NCBI RefSeq assembly: GCF_030684315.1
Contig: NC_081358.1
Coordinates: 127,540,967-127,604,966, forward strand
Reading direction: 5' to 3'
Source: Stegostoma tigrinum
Lineage: Eukaryota
DNA length: 64,000 bases
The notes beneath the pieces are model-generated. The model was given only the letters and a program-made list of their open reading frames with translations, was not told the DNA's origin and ran no database searches. This document shows positions 54,352 through 64,000 of this stretch, piece by piece; position 1 is the first letter of the stretch; every line of letters starts with the position of its first letter. A program made the position numbers and the translations under genes.

Positions 54352-57319
54352 CTTGCTGTAGGGTTCTTTTCATTACCTAGGGCTTGTTCACACTCAATAA
54401 AACTGTCTTTTCACAGCAGTGCCTTTGCCCAGGTTAATCTAATGCATTCTGCCTAGTCTTCCTCCTGCGTCTTCCACTCCTCTGCACTTCTGTGCAGACT
54501 CAGCTTTATACAACTTTTAGATTGGGCAATGGACACTGCTGTTGTGAGCTGTGAAGCAGGTAGAATTGTCAATGAGAAATTTAAAGCAGTATCACTCTTT
54601 GCCTGCCTGATCATTCACTTGAAGGATATCTCCATGTAAAGCTCAAGGTTTGCTGAGTTTGTTACTTTGTCTGAACATTGAAATAAATCACTTCAGATTT
54701 CCTCTTGGCTGATGTAATGTTTTAATTTTCTCTAGAAATAAAATTTCACAATCCTGTTGAATAATTGATTAGTCTCCTCCATCAATGAGTTGAGATTTTG
54801 ACTTTCTAATTTCTAAAGAGTCCTGAATGTGGCAACTTTGCTTTTCAAGGGTTTAAGGATATAGTAAGGCATCACTTTTTTTAAATGTTAAATTAGTCCA
54901 CTAGAATTATTGGGGTTTTTTTTTTGTGGGGAGGGAATGATGGAGAGATGGGATGGGAAGTGCAGTTTGTACTTGTGCTGGCTGACAGCAAATTTAAGTA
55001 ACTGTTTTTCTGGTTTTGATTGAAGTGAATGGTATGGATTTAAGTCCACAATCCTGATGCTCTGCTGCAGTGTTAGATGTCTCTTTGGATGAGATCCTGC
55101 TGACCACTTTATCAAGTGAATGTTCTAAGTGCTCATTAAGAGCTTGCAGGGTATTCCTTGGAGTCAATTGCTGCACAGCAGGAGGCCACTTGCTTGGCTC
55201 CATTGAGAAAGGACACACTTCAGCTGACCCATGTTACAACTATAGCCGTAGAAGTCTACTTTCATCACAGAATGAATTTCCTCAACTCATTGTATTGTCT
55301 TGGCCTCCAATATTTTCTCTTTTTAAGCAGAGAATTCCAAGTCATTACTATTCCCTGCATTTTTCTTTTCAAAAAATTTCCCTCCCCCATTTCACAGCTG
55401 CCATTGCCCAAAAGCTTTAAATTTGTTCCCCTAATCCTTGCACCAAGGTGATGGGAACATCTTCTCTACCTTACCTGAGGAAACTGTTTGGCAGTTAGTA
55501 AATGATTTCCTAACCACTATAACATTTGATGTTTTAAAGGAGTTTGTTGTCACATTTCCCAACTCTGACTTCCCTACGGATGTACACAATTGAGGGATGG
55601 GCACTACAGGCTGCCTCCTTGTGAAATGTGCTATATAAATTCTAACTTTGTGTTCCTGCTCCTATTTATGTTCTTTGATTTTAGATTGTAGACTATTGTG
55701 GAGTAGCAAAAGAAATTGACTAAAATGCAGTCCTGCTTCTTCTCATTAGCCACATACTGCAAATGAATCATGAAACTTTCATGGCATAATGCTAAGTGAA
55801 TTAAAGTTTCCACAACTATCTCCATTGGAACCAATAATTTTGGGAAGAAGGATTTTTCATATCTTTAAAGTTTCTGGAAGAAGACAGGGAGAAACTTAAA
55901 ACTTAAAGGACTTGTGCTCTATTTATTATACCTGCCCTGTCTCTGGAAATCACTTAGCCTTGCTGCAACTATTCACAGGTTCTATTAGTCTTTGTGGGAA
56001 TAACAAAAATGTGTTTACCGGCCTCTCCTTATAGACCAGAAGGTGGCTACCCCTATGCTACCTGAGCATGCAGGTCAGGAATAATCAACATATGTGGAGA
56101 TGGATGGCAGTACACAACTGTCGTTGTCCATCCCTAATTGCCCTCAGAAATTAAAGCTGGCAAAGACATACCCATGTCCTGTAACTAAATACATTTTCAA
56201 AAAATGAGAATGGTGGAGGGGGTTCTCGTAAATGCTGATACCAAAACTAATTAGTATAAAGTGCACAGAAGGATGCGATGAAACAATGGAATTGTTAGAC
56301 CGTACAGAAAGTTCAGGGGATCCACTGTAGATTGGAGTAGAGGAAATGTGACAATATTTCCAGTTTCCAGCACTGACCCCACTGTTGCTGGGGTGTGCAC
56401 TCAATGGTGAGTATCTGACGTGTGGCAATTGTAGGGTTCATACTGCATGGAAGCAGGCTTTTGAGTCTCAACTCTGACAGTATGGCACTTCCTCTCTACT
56501 GAACCTCCAACAGTGCAGTGTTCTCTCAATACTGGCCATCCAGCAGTGTGTTTCTACCTGAACAATGACCCTCTGATAGGCTCAGTACTGAGGGAGTGCT
56601 GCACTCTGACACTGCAGCCCTCCACAACAATGCAGAGTCACCATGTAGAGACTGATAGCCAAGCTTGGTGCCCATGAGGATGGACTCAACCAGGATTGTG
56701 GGCTCATATATTACAGGTGAGCCCACCACTCATATATACACACAAACACACAGATTTTTTTTCTCTCATGCATCCACACACACGTGCGCACTCTCACATA
56801 CGATTATGAGGTAAAATTGTATTTGCATATTCTTTCTATTTTGTTGAAAAAAAGCACACAATTTATTGACAGTCAATGTGGCGTTTTATGAATTCCTACC
56901 TGAGAAATAAAAATAGTCTGATTCCAAACCAAAACACACACAGATTCTGAACAAGGCTATTGATGATAGTACGAGGTAGGGGTGGAGGTTAGATAGGCCT
57001 TAGGCTTAGGGTAAAGGTTCAGCACAACATTGTGCGCCAAAGGGCTAGTACTGTTCCATGTTCTATGTTAAGGCCTCTGTACAAACATACATTGTATGAC
57101 CTGAACTATCACCTCTTATGTACACCGACAAAACCTTTAGTTCACTCATGACAGTGACTTGAAAGGAATTTGGTGAGTTACATTATGTATTAATCAATTA
57201 AAACCTTCTGATTGGAGATTTCGTACATCCTACATTTGTTTACTATATCCTTCACTAACACCTGAGGAAGGAGTGAACCTCCAAAAGCTTGTGTTTTCAA
57301 ATAAACCTGTTGGACTCTA

Positions 57320-58620
57320 TCACCTTCCTGGACCTCTCTGCCTCCATCTCAGGCAACCACCTAGGAACTGAAATCCATTTCAAGTGCACCGACTCCCACC
57401 CACCTTCCTGCAAAAATGCCATCCCTTATTCCCAACTCCTTTGCCTCCGCCGCATCTGCTCCCAGGATGAGGCATTCCACTCCCGCATGTCTCAGATGTC
57501 CTCGTTTTTCAAGGACCGCAACCTCCCCCCTCGACCGTGTCTCCCGCATTTCCCGCAACTCATCCCTCACACCCCGTCCCCGCAATAACCACCAAAAGAG
57601 AATCCCCCTCATCCTCATGTACCACCCCACCAACCTCCGGATCCAAAGCATCATCCTCCAACACTCCCGCCATCTGCAATCCGACCCCACCACCAAAGAC
57701 ATTTTTCCCTTCCCGCCCTTGTCTGCCTTCCGGAGGGACCACTCTCTCCATGACTCCCTCGTCCACTCCACACTCCCCTCCAACCCAACACACCTGGCAC
57801 TTACCCCTGCAACCACAGGAACTGCTACACCTGCCCCCATACCTCCTCCCTCACCCCCATCCCAGGCCCCAGTAAGACTTTCCACATCAAGCAGATGTTC
57901 ACCTGCACATCTGCCAATGTGGTATACTGCATCCGCTGTTCCCGTTGCAGCCTTCCCTATATCAGGGAGACCAAGTGGAGGCTTGGGGACCGCTTTGCAG
58001 AACACCTACACTCGGTTCACAACAAACAACTGCACCTCCCAGTCGCAAACCATTTCAACTCCCCCTCCCATTCCTGAGACGCCATGTCCATCATGGGCCT
58101 CCTGCAGTGCCACAAAGATGCCACCCGAAAGTTGCAAGAACAGCAACTCATATTCCACTTGGGAACCCTGCAGCCCAATGGTATCAATGTGGGCTTCACA
58201 AGCTTCAAAATCTCCCCTCCCCCCACTGCATCCCAAAACCAGCCCAGCTCGTTCCCCCCCCCTCCTTAAATTGTTCTTCCTCTCACCTATCCCATCCTCC
58301 CACCTCAAGCTGCACCCCCATTTCCTCCCTACTTAGCTCTTGACCTGTCTGTCCTGCCCGGACTGACCTATCTCCTCCCTACCTCCCCAACTACACTCAC
58401 CTCTACTGCCTCCATCCCTGTCTCTTTAACTTGTCTGTCTCCTCTCCACCTATCTTCTCCTCTATCTTCGATCCACCTCCCCCTCTGTCCCTATTTATTT
58501 CAGAACCCTCTCCCCCTTGCCCTTTTCTGATGAAGCGTCTAGGCCTGAAACATCAGCTTTTGTGGTCCTAAGATGCTGCTTGGCCTGCTGTGTTCATCCA
58601 GCTCCACACTTTGTTATCTC
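57320..58620 (+). mobile_element. Penelope-like (Neptune-type) fragment inserted in another PLE end
   Basis: Frameshifted thumb/linker/GIY-YIG (NVVYCIRCSRC..YIRET..RFAEH); hammerhead-like motif at ~58528. Confidence 0.88.
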
Positions 58621-58786
58621 GGACTATAACCTGGTGTTTGATTACTGACCTTGTCCACCCCAGTCCAACACTGGTACTTCCACGTCATGACCCTCTAATA
58701 GTGTAATCTTCAAACAGCACACCACTCCCTCTGTACTGACCCTGCAATAGTATAGCACTCCCTCAACATCAACAATCCAACAAGGG

Positions 58787-59122
58787 GTGGCACGGTGGCA
58801 CAGTGGTTAGCACTGCTGCCTCACAGTGCAAGGGACCTGGATTTGATTCCAGCCTCAGGAAGCTATCTGTTTGGAGTTTGCACATTCTCCCCATGTCTGC
58901 GTGGGTTTCCTCCCACAGTCCATAGGTATGCGGGTAGGTGGATTGGCCATGCTAAATTGCTCATTGTGTCCAGGGATAAGTAGGTTAAGTAGATTAGCCA
59001 TGGGAAATACAGGGTTACAGAGATAAAGTAGGGGGCTGATTCTGAGTGGGATTTTCTTTGGAGAGTTGGTATGGACTTGTTGGGCTGAATGGCCTGTTTC
59101 CACACTTTAGGGATTCTATGAC
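58787..59122 (+). mobile_element. tRNA-derived SINE (HE1/V-SINE-like)
   Basis: GGCACGGTGGCACAGTGGTTAGC head; same body as 20845-21155. Confidence 0.85.
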
Positions 59123-59129
59123 ATTCTAT

Positions 59130-60660
59130 AATGTGGCACTCCCTCAGCAGCGACACTTCAATGGTGCTGCCTTAACTCGATGCTGACTCTCCAACAGTAC
59201 GACAGTCTCTCAGCACTGAAGCTCCAACAATACGGTATGTGCTCAGTACTGACCCTCTGACAGTGCAGCATTCTCTCAGAATTGACCCACCAGTGTGTCG
59301 ATCCGTCCGCACAGATCCTCCGACAGTGCAGTAATCCCTACGTACTCATGTTTTAACAGTGTTGACCACCAACAGTGTGGCACTCCCACAGCAATGACGC
59401 TGCGACAATGCTTCACTCCCTCAGTACTGACCCTCTGCCAATATGTCACTCCCTCAGCACTGACTGTCCAACAGTGCAATGTTCCCTCAGCACTGACCAT
59501 CCAAAAGTACGGCACTCCCTTGGTTCTGACCCTTCGATAATGCAGCACTCCCTCAGCACTGACCCTCCGACAGTGCAGTGCTCTCTCAGCACTGAACCTC
59601 CGAAGGTGCGGTGCTCCCTCAGCAATGACCCTCCAACAGTACCCTCTCCCTCGGCACTAACCCTCTGACAGTGCAGCACTACCTTAGCACCAACCCTTTG
59701 ACAGTGTGGCGCTCCCTCAGCACTGACCCTCCAACAGTGCCTGCTCCCTCAGCACTGACCCTCCGACAGTGCGGCGCGCCCTCAGCACTGACCCTCCGAC
59801 AGTGTCCGCTCCCTCAGCACTGACCCTCCGACAGCGCGGCGCTCCCTTAGCACTGACCCTTCGACAGTGCGGCACTCCCTCAGCACTGACCCTCCCACAA
59901 TGCGGTGCTCCCTCAGCACTGACCCTCCAACAGTGCGACACTCCCTCATCTCTGACCCTTCAACACTGCAGTGCCCTCCGACAATGCAGCACTCCCTCAG
60001 CACTGACCCTCCAACAGTGCATGCTCCTTCAGCACTGAACCACCAACAATGTGTCAAACCCTTAGCACTGGCCCTTAGACAGTACGGTTTTACCACAGCA
60101 TTGAGCCTCCAACAGTGCAGTGCTCCCTCAGATAGTGCAGCACTTTCTCAGTACTGTCTCTCTGACAGTGTGTCACTCCCTCAGCACTGATCCTGCAACT
60201 ATGCAGTGCTCCCACAGCAGTGACCCTACAACTGTGCTGCCTTCGCTCATATGGAACCTCCAACTGTGCTGTCTTCACTCAGCACTGATCCTCTAACAAT
60301 ACAGCACTCCCTCAGCGGTTACCCTTCAACTGTGCTGCCTTTGCTCAGCACTGATCTTCTAAGATGATCCAACAGTGTGACCTACAGTCAGCACTGATCC
60401 TCTGACAGTGTGGCATGCCCAATGTACTCACCCTCCGACAGTGTGGCACTCTCAGCACTGCCCCTCCAACAGAGTGGTGCTCCCTCAGTACTGACCCTCC
60501 GACAGTGCCCACTCCCTCGGCACTGACCCTCTGACGAAGCAGCACTCCCTCAGTACTGACCCTTCATCTTTGCTGCCTTCATTCAGTTCTGACCCTCTAA
60601 CTATACGGTCTTCACGTAGCACTGACCCTCTGACAGTACAGCACTCTCTCAGGATCAATC
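59130..60660 (+). repeat. 33-bp minisatellite, main array (continues at 61335-61610)
   Basis: Dozens of CACTCCCTCAGCACTGACCCTCCGACAGTGC-type units, most homogeneous at ~59540-60030. Confidence 0.93.
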
Positions 60661-60669
60661 CTCTGATAT

Positions 60670-61325
60670 GGGGCTCAGTGGTTAACCCTGCTGCCTCACA
60701 ACACCAGGGACCTAGTTCAATTCCAGCCTCGGGAGACTGTCGTGTGAAGTTTGCACATTCTCTCCATGTCTGCGTGTGTTTCCTTTAGGTGCTCCACTTT
60801 CCTCCCACAGTCCAAAGATGTGTAGATTGCCATGCGAAATTACCCATAGAGGATGACTAGGTTAGTGGCTTAGTAATGGGAAGTACAGGGTTACAGGGAT
60901 AGGGTAGAGTGTGACAACACAGTGTGGAGCTGGAGGAATGCAGCAGGCCAGTCAGCATCAGAGCAGGAAAGTGACATTTTGGGTTGGGACCCTTCTTCAG
61001 AAATGGGGGAGAAGGAAGGGAACTCGTAAATAAATAGAGAAAGGAGGGATGGGGTTGGGGAAGGTAGGTGGCATGGTGACAGTTGGGTGCAGGTAGGAAG
61101 TGGTGGGGATTGATCAGTGAGGTAGATAAGGCGAATAGGTGGGAGAGAAGATAGATGGTTTGTGTCAGGTCAAGAAGGTGGGGCTGACAGGGAGGGTTGG
61201 TCATAGGAGAGGCGAGGGATGGGGAGATTTTAAAACTGATGAAACGCGGGTGCAACACCTCATATTCCACCTTGGGAGCCTACAGCCCAATGGCCTAAAT
61301 GTGGATTTCACGAGTTTTAAAATCT
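60670..61325. mobile_element. SINE fragment (+) followed by degenerate PLE ends
   Basis: SINE head at 60670; PLE 3' repeat on minus from ~60915; short inverted GIY-YIG tail at ~61250-61325. Confidence 0.7.
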
Positions 61326-61537
61326 ATTTATTTTCTGACCCTCTGACAATGCAGCACTCTGTCAGCACTGACCCTCTGACAGGAAAGCAACACTGATCTT
61401 CTAACAATGAAATCTCCTTCAGTACTGATCCTCTGACAATGAAGTACTCTCTCAACACTGACTCTCTGACAATGGAGTACCCTCTCAATACTGCTACAGT
61501 ATGGAGATCCCTCAACACTGATTCTCCAATAGTGCGG

Positions 61538-63237
<1,700 letters not shown>

Positions 63238-63326
63238 CTTTTTCTTTTTGGTTTAGTGTTGGGCTTCTCCTGTGCTCTGAAGAAATGCTTTCTGACATCA
63301 CCTCTGGCCTGGCTCCCTTTTTAATA

Positions 63327-63866
63327 GATAATAAAATGTGAGGCTGGATGAACACAGCAGGCCAAGCAGCATCTCAGGAGCACAAAAGCTGACGTTTTGG
63401 GCCTAGACCCTTCATCAGAGAGGGGGATGGGGAGAGGGAACTGGAATAAATAGGGAGAGAGGGGGAGGCGGACCGAAGATGGAGAGTAAAGAAGTTAGGT
63501 GGAGAGAGTGTAGGTAGGGAGGGGATAGGTCAGTCCAGGGAAGACGGACAGGTCAAGGAGGTGGGATGAGGTTAGTAGGTAGCTGGGGGTGCGGCTTGGG
63601 GTGGGAGGAAGGGATGGGTGAGAGGAAGAACCGGTTAGGGAGGCAGAGACAGGTTGGACTGGTTTTGGGATGCAGTGGGTGGGGGGGAAGAGCTGGGCTG
63701 GTTGTGTGGTGCAGTGGGGGGAGGGGATGAACTGGGCTGGTTTAGGGATGCAGTAGGGGAAGGGGAGATTTTGAAACTGGTGAAGTCCACATTGATACGA
63801 TTAGGCTGCAGGGTTCCCAGGCGGAATATGAGTTGCTGTTCCTGCAACCTTCGGGTGGCATCATTG
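63327..63866 (-). mobile_element. 5'-truncated young PLE in the actin C intron
   Basis: GIY-YIG tail plus terminal repeat; TTTTAATA duplicated at 63319-63326 and 63867-63874. Confidence 0.88.
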
Positions 63867-64000
63867 TTTTAATATTGTTGTCCTCTGTTCTGGGCTTTTC
63901 TCCGGGATAAAGTTGATCTGCCCACTTGATCAAACAGCCTGCCTTTCTGTCAGCCGATGCTACCTTCACCACTTTATGCCACCTTTTGTCACCTACAAAC

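Noticed and set aside
59130-60660. CRISPR-like appearance (33-bp repeats with an internal palindrome) and Cys/His-rich ORFs
   Set aside because: Units are head-to-tail with no unique spacers, no cas genes are present and the context is eukaryotic; the ORFs reflect the 33-nt period.

Overview
Repeat-rich vertebrate genomic DNA. The repeat families suggest a cartilaginous fish (shark), which is an inference. The left end holds the first five coding exons of TTC19 on the minus strand (43-6313), with a GC-rich promoter, G-rich intronic minisatellites and a duplicated ~250-275 nt structured element in introns 1 and 3 whose homology ends exactly at ACA+3 nt (candidate intronic RNA). About 6.7-36 kb is mostly retroelement debris: CR1, L2-like and RTE LINE fragments, tRNA-derived SINEs and many Penelope-like elements (PLEs; RT + Cys linker + GIY-YIG). 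The PLE ends carry minimal hammerhead-ribozyme motifs and often form TSD-flanked fold-back palindromes. The right half holds a tandem array of at least three plus-strand cytoplasmic-type actin genes: two complete (376 aa, one coding intron each) and one truncated by the window edge. These actins have atypical, non-ACTB/ACTG1 residues. Copies A and B are near-identical across exon 2 except for a 30-nt patch around the hydrophobic plug. Coordinates of exons, TSDs and motifs were counted by hand; repeat boundaries are approximate.
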